Assembly (NCBI GenBank): GCA_018434355.1
Contig: JAHDPL010000029.1
Span: 1,127 to 65,126, forward strand
DNA: 64,000 nucleotides
Direction of reading: 5' to 3'
Origin: Sporomusaceae bacterium
Lineage (GTDB): Bacteria; Bacillota; Negativicutes; UBA1444
The notes beneath the pieces were generated by a model. The model had not been told where the DNA came from and did not search any database. It saw only the letters and a program-made list of their open reading frames with translations. The position numbers and the translations under genes are program-made. Each line of letters begins with the position of its first letter. Positions within the stretch are counted from its first letter, which is position 1. Shown in pieces: positions 27,180-37,100 of this stretch.

Positions 27180-29117
27180 ATGGATGTCTTGCAGATTTAT
27201 GAGCTGATCTATTATTTCATGCTGGCAGTCTGTATCGCGATTTTTATCAGCGGTCTGGATGACGCGTTTATTGATGTGGTTTACTGGCTGCGCACGACTT
27301 ATCGTGCTGCCTATCGGCGTTCTTTCATTCCGCGCAGTCTGCGCAAGCCGATCAATGTGCATGAACTGCGGGAAAAACCGCAAAGCCCGATTGCGATCAT
27401 GGTGCCGGCTTGGGACGAATCCAATGTGATTGCTTCCATGCTGACTACGACAATCGATTTTTTCGATTACGACAATTATCAGATTTTTGTTGGTGCTTAT
27501 CGCAACGATGTTCAAACGATGAACGAAGTGAAACGAATGGCGCGACGCTTTCCGCAGGTGCAGCTGGTGGTCGTGCCACACGACGGACCGACCAATAAAG
27601 CGGATTGCCTGAACTGGATCATCCAGGCGGTATTTTTGTATGAGGAAGAAAACAAACAAAAATTTGCCGGAATTGTCATGCATGACAGTGAGGATGTCGT
27701 CCATCCTTTGGAACTTAGACTTTACAACTGGTTGCTTGACAGGGTCGGGTTGATTCAGATCCCGGTGCGGACGTTGGAACCGGTTTGGCATCAGTTTGTC
27801 GCGGGAACCTATCTCGATGAATTTGCCGAATGGCACTGTAAAGACCTGATCGTGCGGGAAGTGCTGGGAAATATCGTTCCCAGCGCCGGAGTGGCGACTT
27901 GTTTTAGCCGCGACGCCATCGAATTTCTTGCTCGCGAAAACCGTAACCAACCATTTAATACCGCCAGTCTGACCGAAGATTACGATATCAGTTTCCGGCT
28001 AAGCAAAGCCGGCGTAAAGCAGATTTTCGTCAATTATCCGGTCGACTTCGAATTTACCCAACGCAATTTTAAAGGAGAACTGATTCAGGTCACCAGAAGA
28101 ATCCCAATTGCCGTATCGGAGTTTTTTCCCGATAAATTCTGGCCGGCTGTGCGGCAAAAATCGCGTTGGGTGATTGGGATTGCCCTGCAGGGCTGGACCA
28201 ATCTGGCCTGGGAAGGTAATTTGTTCCGAAAATACTTCTTTTTGCGGGATCGCAAAGGACTGGTCGTTCATTTTGTCAGCTTGATGGCTTATTTATTGGT
28301 AATTATCTATTTCCTGATCTGGTTCGGCGCCGAATTTCTCGGCGGACCGTTATTCCCTTTCGCATTGCCAACTTGGCTGCTGTTGGCCAATTCAGTATTG
28401 TTGCTTAACCGGTTGTTGCAGCGGATGATTTTTGTCGCTTACCTATATAGCTGGCGGCAGGCATTGTTGGCGATTCCCCGCGTGGTAGTGTGCAATTTCA
28501 TCAATTTTTTTGCCACGGTGCGTGCTGTCAGCCGTTATAGCGCGTCATTGTTCCGCGGGAAACCACTGACCTGGGAAAAGACCGACCACCAGTATCCCAG
28601 CATGGACCAATTGGCGCAAAAACGCAAGTACCTTGGCGAATTGCTGCTGGAGCAGCAGGCGATCGACGCAGAACTGCTGGAACGGGCACTGGCTATCAAT
28701 GAAGCGACCGGTAGATCGCTCGGACGTATTCTGGTTGAGGGTGACTGTATCGACGAAGATGCGCTGGCAGATGCGATCTGCCGCCAGACAGGCTACCCGC
28801 GGGCGCATCTGGCAACCGAAACGATTACTTTGCCGCCGGATTATTTTCCTCAGGCCATGACGAAGCAATATCGCGTATTTCCTCTGACGATCGACCATTT
28901 GGGCAAACTGAGGCTGGCAGTGACCGGACCGCTGTTGCCGGCGGCGCAGGCCGAAATCAAAAAAAACAGTGAACTGCCCCTGTCACCGGTCATAGTGACC
29001 GATGGTGAGATGCGTCAACTGCTGGGACAGAGTGGCGTATTGGTAGAAGATCACATTGAGTTGGTGGAGGAAAAGCTGTGCGCAACCAGATTTACGCCAA
29101 ACGATCCGATAAATTGA
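27180..29117 (+). CDS. nfrB: NfrB-like processive GT2 glycosyltransferase with MshEN-like c-di-GMP-binding domain
   Basis: AIMVPAWDES.VI, DGPT.KADCLN, HDSEDV.HP.EL, SLTEDYD, VRQKSRW..GI and WEKT.H.YP, then LGELLL...I....L..AL......LG.IL repeat. Confidence 0.88.
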   Translation: MDVLQIYELIYYFMLAVCIAIFISGLDDAFIDVVYWLRTTYRAAYRRSFIPRSLRKPINVHELREKPQSPIAIMVPAWDESNVIASMLTTTIDFFDYDNYQIFVGAYRNDVQTMNEVKRMARRFPQVQLVVVPHDGPTNKADCLNWIIQAVFLYEEENKQKFAGIVMHDSEDVVHPLELRLYNWLLDRVGLIQIPVRTLEPVWHQFVAGTYLDEFAEWHCKDLIVREVLGNIVPSAGVATCFSRDAIEFLARENRNQPFNTASLTEDYDISFRLSKAGVKQIFVNYPVDFEFTQRNFKGELIQVTRRIPIAVSEFFPDKFWPAVRQKSRWVIGIALQGWTNLAWEGNLFRKYFFLRDRKGLVVHFVSLMAYLLVIIYFLIWFGAEFLGGPLFPFALPTWLLLANSVLLLNRLLQRMIFVAYLYSWRQALLAIPRVVVCNFINFFATVRAVSRYSASLFRGKPLTWEKTDHQYPSMDQLAQKRKYLGELLLEQQAIDAELLERALAINEATGRSLGRILVEGDCIDEDALADAICRQTGYPRAHLATETITLPPDYFPQAMTKQYRVFPLTIDHLGKLRLAVTGPLLPAAQAEIKKNSELPLSPVIVTDGEMRQLLGQSGVLVEDHIELVEEKLCATRFTPNDPIN

Positions 29118-30976
29118 ACAAAATAGCTCTTGGCGGTTTCGTCTGCCTTTGCCTGTTCGGCCTCGCGCCAGTGCAACCGGCAAGGGCTTATCAGACAGAG
29201 CCACTCTATGGAGAAGGCTTTTTGCATGCCGACCAAGCGTACGCGTATTTTGCCAAGGGGCAATTTGCTGCGACGCAGCGTGAACTTGAGACGGCGTTGC
29301 GTTTTTACCCGCAACATCCCCGCCTGTTGTTGCTATTGGCGCAGGCACAGGAACAACAGGGCGATTTCGCATCGGCAACGCAAACCCTGGGCGAACTGAT
29401 CCGCCAACACCCAGGCTTTGCCCAAGCTCTGGCGGTACGGGGATATCTCCACGCCCGGATGGCTGAACATTCGGCGGCAGTGGAATGGTTCAAACAGGCG
29501 CTGGCATCCGATGATCATGAAAATGTCGATCGACGTAGCCTGCGGATTAATTTGATTGATTCGGCGCTTCGTTCTAACCAACCGAGAATCGCCGCCGAAT
29601 ATCTCGAACCGGAAGATTCGGCTACGCTGAGGATTCAGCTGGTGCGAAAACTCATTGAAGCGGCAGACAATACAACGGCCCTGAAAGTGTTGGATACGGT
29701 TCCGACAAACGGCATGGACAAAGTTGCACAGGCGGAACTCCTGTTTCTGCGCGGTTCGATTCTGGAGCAAACCGGTCGGGAGGTAGAGGCAAAGACGGCT
29801 TATTTTTCGGTATTGTCGTTGGTGCAGTCCGGCGAGTCGTCGTTTTTGAAGTCGGAAGCCCTGTGGAAGCTGGCTGAAGCTGCAGAACGCAGCGGAGACA
29901 TCATACAGGCGCTGAAGCTGGGCGAGGAGGCGGCGCAGGCGCTGCCGGAAAGCAACGTCCGCCGCCTGCAGTATGCCTACATGGCCAAACGGCACAAACA
30001 GGAGCGGATTGCTGCAGTGCATCTGGAGGCCGCGATCAGGCAAGATCCCAATATTCCGGTTGCTGTTCTGCAGGATGCCGCCTATAGCCTGAAACGGCTC
30101 GGTGAAAACAGGAAAGCTATGACATACTTCAAACGCAGCCTTGACCGAGAGACTCCGCCCGATACCTTGCCGCCCGGGCAGCGGCAAAAAGCCATCGAAC
30201 TGAATTACGATCTGCGGCGTGAACACGAAACGTTGGAGAAAACCTGGGGCATGTATACCGCATTCACGTATTGGCGGCCTACTGTCGGCGACGCTGTTTT
30301 GCAGGGGTCGCAGGAATTTTTTTGGCAGCCCTATAATAAAAATGGGCGTAAATTGTTAGTGTTCAATCGTTACTACGGCAATATCTGGAGTCAGGCGCCT
30401 GATGCGCGCGGTCCCTACGACTGGTCGCCAACGGTTGCCAGTTCCGGCTGGAGCACGGCGCAAGGTGGGTTGGGCATAAGCTGGAAGCCGTTGACTGACG
30501 CCAACCTGGTACTGACGGTGGAGAAACTGTTTCCCGCTGGACAGCAGGGAATCAATGACTGGTTGTACAGGGGCGGTTATAGTTGGGACCGCGGCTATGA
30601 ATTCAAACCCTATGTAAAGAGCTGGCCGTATGTGACGTTTTACGGTGAGTATGACCAGTGGGCTTCCAGTGGGCGACAGATTTTCGGTATGGAGACCCGT
30701 TGGGGTCGCAGTACCCGGCTGGGCGACCTCAGTTCTCGCTCGGTGTTTACGCCGCATCTGTTCTTTACGGCCAGCTATGATTCAGGTTATGATGACAATG
30801 TCGGCCAAACAAGACTGGCGATGGCGGCAGGACCGGGAATTGTCTACCGTCGCTGGTATCGGGAGGACAAATACAATGCACCTCGTTCGTACTGGGATCT
30901 GACGGTTCAGTACCGTTTCAACATTGGTGTGCGCAGGATCGACGGTTTGTTGGTCCAATGGTTCAACTCCTTCTGA
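29078..30976 (+). CDS. nfrA: NfrA-like secreted TPR protein with C-terminal beta-barrel-like region
   Basis: GTG after GGAGG; signal peptide (ARA); TPR-like helices; aromatic beta-rich C-terminus GPG..YRRWYREDKYNAPRSYWDLTVQYRF ending in Phe; overlaps nfrB. Confidence 0.78.
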   Translation: MRNQIYAKRSDKLNKIALGGFVCLCLFGLAPVQPARAYQTEPLYGEGFLHADQAYAYFAKGQFAATQRELETALRFYPQHPRLLLLLAQAQEQQGDFASATQTLGELIRQHPGFAQALAVRGYLHARMAEHSAAVEWFKQALASDDHENVDRRSLRINLIDSALRSNQPRIAAEYLEPEDSATLRIQLVRKLIEAADNTTALKVLDTVPTNGMDKVAQAELLFLRGSILEQTGREVEAKTAYFSVLSLVQSGESSFLKSEALWKLAEAAERSGDIIQALKLGEEAAQALPESNVRRLQYAYMAKRHKQERIAAVHLEAAIRQDPNIPVAVLQDAAYSLKRLGENRKAMTYFKRSLDRETPPDTLPPGQRQKAIELNYDLRREHETLEKTWGMYTAFTYWRPTVGDAVLQGSQEFFWQPYNKNGRKLLVFNRYYGNIWSQAPDARGPYDWSPTVASSGWSTAQGGLGISWKPLTDANLVLTVEKLFPAGQQGINDWLYRGGYSWDRGYEFKPYVKSWPYVTFYGEYDQWASSGRQIFGMETRWGRSTRLGDLSSRSVFTPHLFFTASYDSGYDDNVGQTRLAMAAGPGIVYRRWYREDKYNAPRSYWDLTVQYRFNIGVRRIDGLLVQWFNSF

Positions 30977-31000
30977 GCAGAAGAAAAATGCGTTATGAAA

Positions 31001-31043
31001 AATCAAGGCCCTGCGGATGCAGCTCATCCGCAGGGCCTTGATT
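31001..31043. terminator. Bidirectional terminator between nfrA and the MORN gene
   Basis: aatcaaggccctgcggatg-cagct-catccgcagggccttgatt. Confidence 0.8.
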
Positions 31044-31073
31044 ATGTAACAACCCATTATACTGATCGATCAA

Positions 31074-32159
31074 TTAGGGTCCGAGATATTCGTTGTTTTC
31101 AAATCGGCCGCGTAACTCCCGGCCGTCAGGGAAACGATAAACGCCATAACCGGTGCGGACTTCGTTGAGAAAGTCGCCGACGTAACTGGCGCCACTGGGC
31201 CAAGTATAGACTCCTTTGCCGGTGCGTTTGCCGTCGACAAAGTCGCCTTCGTAGCGGGACCCGCTGGGCCAGGTATAGACGCCTTTGCCATTGCGCATAT
31301 CGTTGGCATAGCCGCCTTCATAGCGTTCCCCGTTGGACCAGGTCATGACGCCCTTGCCGGCAAAGACATTATCAAGAAAGTCGCCTTCATAGCGGTATTT
31401 GATGCCTTCATTGTTTTTGCCGTGATAAATCCCTGTGCCGGTGCGACTATCATTGACAAAATCACCGTCATAGCGGTCGCCGTTAGACCAGGTCATCAGA
31501 CCCTTGCCGTGAAATTTTCCGTCGACAAACGGGCCTTCATAACGATAAGTTTCGCCGCTCTTGTTTTTGCCGATATATATACCCCGGCCATTGCGTTTGT
31601 TATCTGCCCAGTCGCCTTCGTAGCGACCGCCGCTACCCCAGGTGTAAACGCCCTTGCCATGACGGTTGCCGGCGCGCCAATCGCCGTCGTAGCGATCACC
31701 GTTGGACCAAGTGATCAGACCTTTGCCATGATACTTATTGTCAAGAAAATCCCCTTCATAGCGGAACACAATACCAGATGAATTTTTGCCGGAGTAGACG
31801 CCTTTGCCGGTACGTTTGTCATCAACAAAATTACCTTCGTAACGGGTGCCGGATGCCCATTCATATACACCTTTGCCACTGCGTTTGCCGCCCGCCATAG
31901 TTCCTTCGAATCTTTCGGCCATCTTTCCGTCGACTAGCCATTCAAAAGTGCCGGGCCCACTTAGATAGCCCTCTTTGCATGATCCTGTCCAGGTGAAGGT
32001 TTCGTTGGGTTGGGGATTGGGATTCCACACTTTGCAGCCGGTCGCCGGGTCCGCCTGGAATTTGCCTTCGGCCGCAGCAGGAACTGCCGGCAGGAATAAC
32101 AGCAATAATAAGGCGATCGCAAAAACAGTTCCGTTTCTGGCTATTACACTTCCGTACAT
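31074..32159 (-). CDS. Secreted MORN-repeat protein
   Basis: Signal peptide; about 11 repeats of YEG.F.D.K..GKG.YTW.(S/N)G.R; N-terminal CKVWNP...W.G.C..G cap. Confidence 0.9.
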   Translation of the reverse strand: MYGSVIARNGTVFAIALLLLLFLPAVPAAAEGKFQADPATGCKVWNPNPQPNETFTWTGSCKEGYLSGPGTFEWLVDGKMAERFEGTMAGGKRSGKGVYEWASGTRYEGNFVDDKRTGKGVYSGKNSSGIVFRYEGDFLDNKYHGKGLITWSNGDRYDGDWRAGNRHGKGVYTWGSGGRYEGDWADNKRNGRGIYIGKNKSGETYRYEGPFVDGKFHGKGLMTWSNGDRYDGDFVNDSRTGTGIYHGKNNEGIKYRYEGDFLDNVFAGKGVMTWSNGERYEGGYANDMRNGKGVYTWPSGSRYEGDFVDGKRTGKGVYTWPSGASYVGDFLNEVRTGYGVYRFPDGRELRGRFENNEYLGP

Positions 32160-32360
32160 CCCGATCACTCCTTTTTTTCTGTTTAGATTGCTGAAAAGAA
32201 TTGTTGAGAACTATGCTACCATTTCGCCAACCATAATCAAGGTTCCTGCAATATTTCCCGGGAAATAAAATCGCCGCTGAAGCGCCGGGCCAAAGAGGAA
32301 AAAGCCAAGGCTTTGTGGAAGCATAAGTTGATAGCAGCAATCGCTTTGGGATGGTGAGCT

Positions 32361-33605
32361 ATGCATTCGATACTCGTGGTCGATGATCTGGAAATGAATC
32401 GTATTCTGATCCGTAAAAATTTGTCGGCATTGCCGGATATCGATTTTCTGGAAGCGGCGGACGGCCGGCAAGCGCTGGATATCCTTCAGAGGAAAGAAAT
32501 TGACTTGGTATTGCTGGACCTCGTAATGCCGGTCATGGACGGCTACGCCGTGCTGGAAATGATGCGCCGGGATGAACGGATGCGTCATATTCCGGTGGTT
32601 GTGCAGTCTCTGCTCGATGATGATGCCAGCATCATCAAGGCGCTGGAACTTGGAGCTTACGACTATTTTGTCCGTACCCCGGCCGGCAATGTTTTCCGCC
32701 GGGACCTGATGCTGAAATCCCGCAATGCGATTGCCGCCTATGCCGCTTTTAAGGCGGCGGAGCAAGAGCTGCAAGAACGAAAACAGGCCGAACAACGGTT
32801 GGCGCTCAGTCGCCGACGCGGCCAACTGGCCGACTTGTTCGGCGGTTTGATGACAGGCAGGACTGCTTACCCGCAGTTTTTCCGCCAATTGAGTTTTCAA
32901 AGCATAGAAATCACTTTTCCACTCAGAGTGTATCTGATTTCTGTCACGTCGTATGCAGGACGGGCAAAACGAGAGCTATTGGAACGACCGGCTGAGTGGC
33001 AGTCAATTGAAGATTCGTTGCTTGAATTGCTGGAAAAATGCGGGATACGTTCAGTTTGGGCGATGGAAGATTGCATCGTCGTTCTGGGTTCCTCGCTGGA
33101 GCCGCAGAAAATGATGGCAAGTTGGCAAAGCCGATTGCTTGACGAGTTGCCGCAAATCTCGTTGGCAATGTCGGCTTCCGATCCTTGCGGCAAAGCGGCG
33201 GATTTGGCAACGGCCTATCGTCATGCCAGCGAAGCGCTTCGCTCGGCGATTCGCGTCGGTAATAACGCAGGCATGGGATTATATGAACAGATCGGCATCG
33301 ATCAGTTGCTGGCGCCGCTGGCGGACCGTCAGGACAGCGAGCAATATGTGACAAGGGCGCTGGCGCCGTTGCTCGACTATGACCGCGAACATGGCGGCGA
33401 TCTGACGAGAACGCTTGAAGTATTGCTGTTTGCCGCTGATTTCAATGAAGCGGCGGAACAACTGAACATTCACCTGAAAACCTTGCAGTTTCGGCGCAAA
33501 CGAATCCAGGTGATTCTGGGGTTAAATCCCGCCGACATCGAAAGTCGTCTTTATTTAGCGACAGCGTTGCGACTCAGACGATTGCGCGGTGAAATGGTTC
33601 AATGA
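32361..33605 (+). CDS. Response regulator, REC plus PucR/CdaR-type output (GGDEF-like plus HTH_30)
   Basis: ILVVDD...LLDLVMP.MDG REC; L.PLL.YD......L..TL......N..AAEQLNIH.KTL.FR..RI..ILG HTH. Confidence 0.85.
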   Translation: MHSILVVDDLEMNRILIRKNLSALPDIDFLEAADGRQALDILQRKEIDLVLLDLVMPVMDGYAVLEMMRRDERMRHIPVVVQSLLDDDASIIKALELGAYDYFVRTPAGNVFRRDLMLKSRNAIAAYAAFKAAEQELQERKQAEQRLALSRRRGQLADLFGGLMTGRTAYPQFFRQLSFQSIEITFPLRVYLISVTSYAGRAKRELLERPAEWQSIEDSLLELLEKCGIRSVWAMEDCIVVLGSSLEPQKMMASWQSRLLDELPQISLAMSASDPCGKAADLATAYRHASEALRSAIRVGNNAGMGLYEQIGIDQLLAPLADRQDSEQYVTRALAPLLDYDREHGGDLTRTLEVLLFAADFNEAAEQLNIHLKTLQFRRKRIQVILGLNPADIESRLYLATALRLRRLRGEMVQ

Positions 33606-33949
33606 AGCCTCGCCAGCAGCTTGGACAATTCGTCAAACTCCTGAGCGAGAGCGTCAGTAAGCGATAACAACGTTGAAGGGGAGGCGCCTTCTTTGGCCAG
33701 CTTTTCGATTCCGGCCGCTATTTTGCGCAGATTTGCCGCGCCTAGCTGCGTGGCCATTCCTTTTAGCGAATGCGCGGCAAAAAGCACCTGCGGCGAATTT
33801 GCGGATAGGCAGGCATTACGCAGGTTTTCAAGGTGTTCGGGATACTGTGACAGAAACGCGGAAACCACCACGGTCATGATTTCCTGGTCGCCGCTGGTAA
33901 GCTGTCGTAATACTTCGGGGTCAAAGCGTTCGATTTTTTCGTCGTGCAT
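33599..33949 (-). CDS. Standalone Hpt phosphotransfer protein
   Basis: AHSLKGMA.QLGA..L...A..IE motif; RBS AGGAGG. Confidence 0.9.
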   Translation of the reverse strand: MHDEKIERFDPEVLRQLTSGDQEIMTVVVSAFLSQYPEHLENLRNACLSANSPQVLFAAHSLKGMATQLGAANLRKIAAGIEKLAKEGASPSTLLSLTDALAQEFDELSKLLARLH

Positions 33950-33992
33950 GGAATCAACCTCCTGCAGTACTACACTACATCCAATTGGATAT

Positions 33993-34035
33993 CCCCGTCA
34001 ACTTGCCTGTCGCAGATAAGTTGACGGGGTTTTTT
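33993..34035 (+). terminator. Plus-strand intrinsic terminator
   Basis: ccccgtcaactt...aagttgacgggg followed by tttttt. Confidence 0.75.
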
Positions 34036-34130
34036 GCTTGGTTTATTTGTCTATGACAGGAAATCGACAAGCCTGCAAATGAGACGATAGTATATAATAA
34101 GAATTTTCTTTTTAAAAAGGAGCGCTGTCG

Positions 34131-37100
34131 GTGCAATCTTTGCTGCATCCGTTGTTGGCGGGAGAATCCTTGTTACGCAACCTGAATAAACTCATCGTGG
34201 TATTTAGCGTGTCCTTGCTCTGCCTGATATGGACAGGAGTTTATTATCAGCTCGACAATGAACGGCAGGCGGAACTGCGAAGCGCAATCCGCGACACTGC
34301 CAACATGGCCCGAGCGTTTGAAGAGCACACCCTGCGTACGATCAACAGCGCCGATCAGGCTGCTCTGTTCCTAAAATACCAATATGAGCAGGAAGGCCGG
34401 GAAATGGACATCCCACGCTATGTGCGCGAGGGCCGGTTTGCCAATCTGCCTTTCGTATTGCTGGGGGTCATTGACGAACATGGTCAATTCGCAGTCAGCA
34501 ACCAAGTTCCCTTTGTTCCCTCGAACCTGAAGGATCGTGAACACTTCCAGGTTCATCTGGGAGTGGACAAGGGTGATTTGTTCATCAGTAAACCAGTACT
34601 TGGGCGTTCTTCGGGCAAGTGGTCGATTCAGATGACCCGGCGGGCCAATAAACCGGACGGATCGCTGGCTGGCGTTGTAGTCGTTTCGGTCGACCCATTC
34701 TATTTTACGGAATTTTACCGCCAGGTTGACATGGGGAAAAACTCGATTGTGACCTTGGTGGGGCTTGACGGCATTGTGCGGGCCCGTCAGGCAGGCGAAA
34801 ATTCGGCGGTCGGGCAGGACCTGCGAACTGCTTCCCTGATGCGGGACATCGCCGCAGGTAGACGTGCCGGCAGTTTTACTGAAGTCAGCATGGTGGATGG
34901 AGTCAAGCGGATTCACAGTTATCGCGCGATGGCCAAATACCCGCTGGCGGTCGTGGTGGGAGTCGATGAGGCGGAAGTTCTGGGACGACTGAACGAGCGA
35001 GCGGAAGATTATTTTTGGGCTGCCGGGCTGGTATCGCTGGTCATTTGCATTTTTAGCGCCTGGTTGCTGCGCTTGACAAGGCAACAGCAAAGAGTCGCCG
35101 AGGAAAGAAAACAGCAGAACCGGTTCCAAAAGATGATCGCCGATATTTCACTGGATTTTATCAATACCTCGGCCGAAACGGTCGATGAAAAAATCAACCG
35201 AACCTTGCAGGCGGTCAGTGAGTTTTTTAAAGTCGAACGCAGTTATTTCCTGTCATCGATGCCCGAGCAAGCCCGAGCCAGTATGACTCATGAATGGTGC
35301 GCCGCCGGGATTGCATCCCGCTTGGCGGAAACCCAGAATTGCCGAATCGATTACCAGATCATCGGCGAAGAGCGCCTGGCTGCGATCCGGGACGGCGAGA
35401 TCGTTCATCTACGGGATGAGGAAAATCCGTTGACGCAATGCGATGCCGCCGTATGCCAAATGCAACCCGATCCGAAAATCAATCATCTGTTGATACCGAT
35501 ACGTGTCAACAACCGGATTGCCGGGCTGTGGGGCTTTCAGTCGACGAAGCAGCCGATCCAATGGCAAGAAGAGCAGCTGGCCCTGCTACGTATTGTTGCC
35601 AATACTTTGTCCGAAGTGCTGGCAAAGCGAGGATTGGAAAGTGAAATCATCCAGGCCAAGGAAAAGGCGGAAATGGCGAATATGGCAAAAAGCCAATTTC
35701 TGGCGAACATGAGCCATGAAATCCGCACGCCGATGAATGGTATCCTCGGATTTCTGCAATTGCTGGAAACTACGCCGCTGGCTGCGGACCAAGCCGAATT
35801 TGTCCATCACATCAAACTGTCTTCCAATATCTTGCGCAACCTGATCAATGATGTGTTGGACCTGTCGAAAATTGAGGCAAAAAAGATGGAACTGGAACAG
35901 CGACCGTTTCAGCTGCACAGTGTTGTTGAGGACATTTTGGCGCCGTTTACGCTCAGTGCATATGAGAAAAAGTTGGGACTTCATTTATTCATTGCGGCGA
36001 ATACGCCGGAGCAGGTTGTCGGCGATTCGGTTCGATTACAGCAGGCATTGTCAAACCTGCTCAGCAATGCATTGAAGTTTACCAGCGAGGGCGAGGTTCA
36101 GCTTGAGGTGTCGCTGGTTGGCGAAACAGAAAGCGAGTATCAGGTAGGCTTTGTTGTCAAAGACAGCGGGATCGGGATGTCCGAGGCCTCATTGGCGGGT
36201 GTTTTCAAACCATTTACTCAGGCCGATAACAGCACGACCCGCAAATATGGCGGTACCGGGCTGGGATTATCGATTACCAAGTCGATTATTGAAATGATGC
36301 GCGGCGAAATAATGGCGGAAAGCTGCGAAGGCGGCGGTAGCGTTTTTCGCTTCACTATATTTCTTGGCAAGACTTCCGTGTCAACTCCGGCAACAACGGT
36401 TGCAGCGCAAGCCTTGCTTGGGCAACGCATTTTGGTTGTCGAACCAAATCCGGTTTGTCGCAATATCATCAAAGCATATCTGGCGGAAATAGGAATTGAA
36501 GTTGATTTTCTTGCCGATGGCGCGCAAACGATCGCTTTGTTCATGAACAGCCCGTCTATGCCAAAATATGCTGCAGTGCTGGTTGACTATACCTTGCCGG
36601 ATATGAAGGCCTGGGATCTGGTGTCGGTGATCCGGTTGGCCGGGTTGGATCCAACAGTGCCATTGCTGTTGCTGGTTCCCGGTGTATTGAAACTGCAGGA
36701 GAAACAAGAGTCCCATCTTGGCGAGGTCAGTGGATTTATCGACACTCCCCTGCACAAACGTGAACTGTGGATGGCGCTGGAACAAGCGTTGGCCCACGCG
36801 GTCCATAGCGGCGGCGTTAGCCCAATGCCGGTTGAACAAAATGCTGATGACCGGAGGACCTTGGCAGCAACAAAGAACAAAGTGCTGGTTGTCGAAGATA
36901 ATGAAATCAATTATAAGTACCTGAACAACGTGCTGAAACGCAATGGGCTGGTGAGCGACTGGGCGATCAACGGAATCGAAGCGCTGCAGTTGGTCGGACA
37001 GAATGACTATTCACTGATCTGGATGGACTGTCAAATGCCGGTGATGGACGGTTTCGAGGCGACGCGCCGGATCCGTCAACTTGAAGCAGGCAGGCAGAAT

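Noticed and set aside
27054-30226. Long minus-strand ORFs (298 aa and 297 aa) opposite nfrB/nfrA
   Set aside because: Antisense shadows with no recognisable domain
31074-31930. Repetitive DNA that might resemble a CRISPR array or tandem repeat
   Set aside because: Degenerate in-frame coding repeats (MORN), with no identical repeats, spacers or cas genes
34371-35129. 252-aa minus-strand ORF
   Set aside because: Lies opposite the hybrid kinase; shadow ORF
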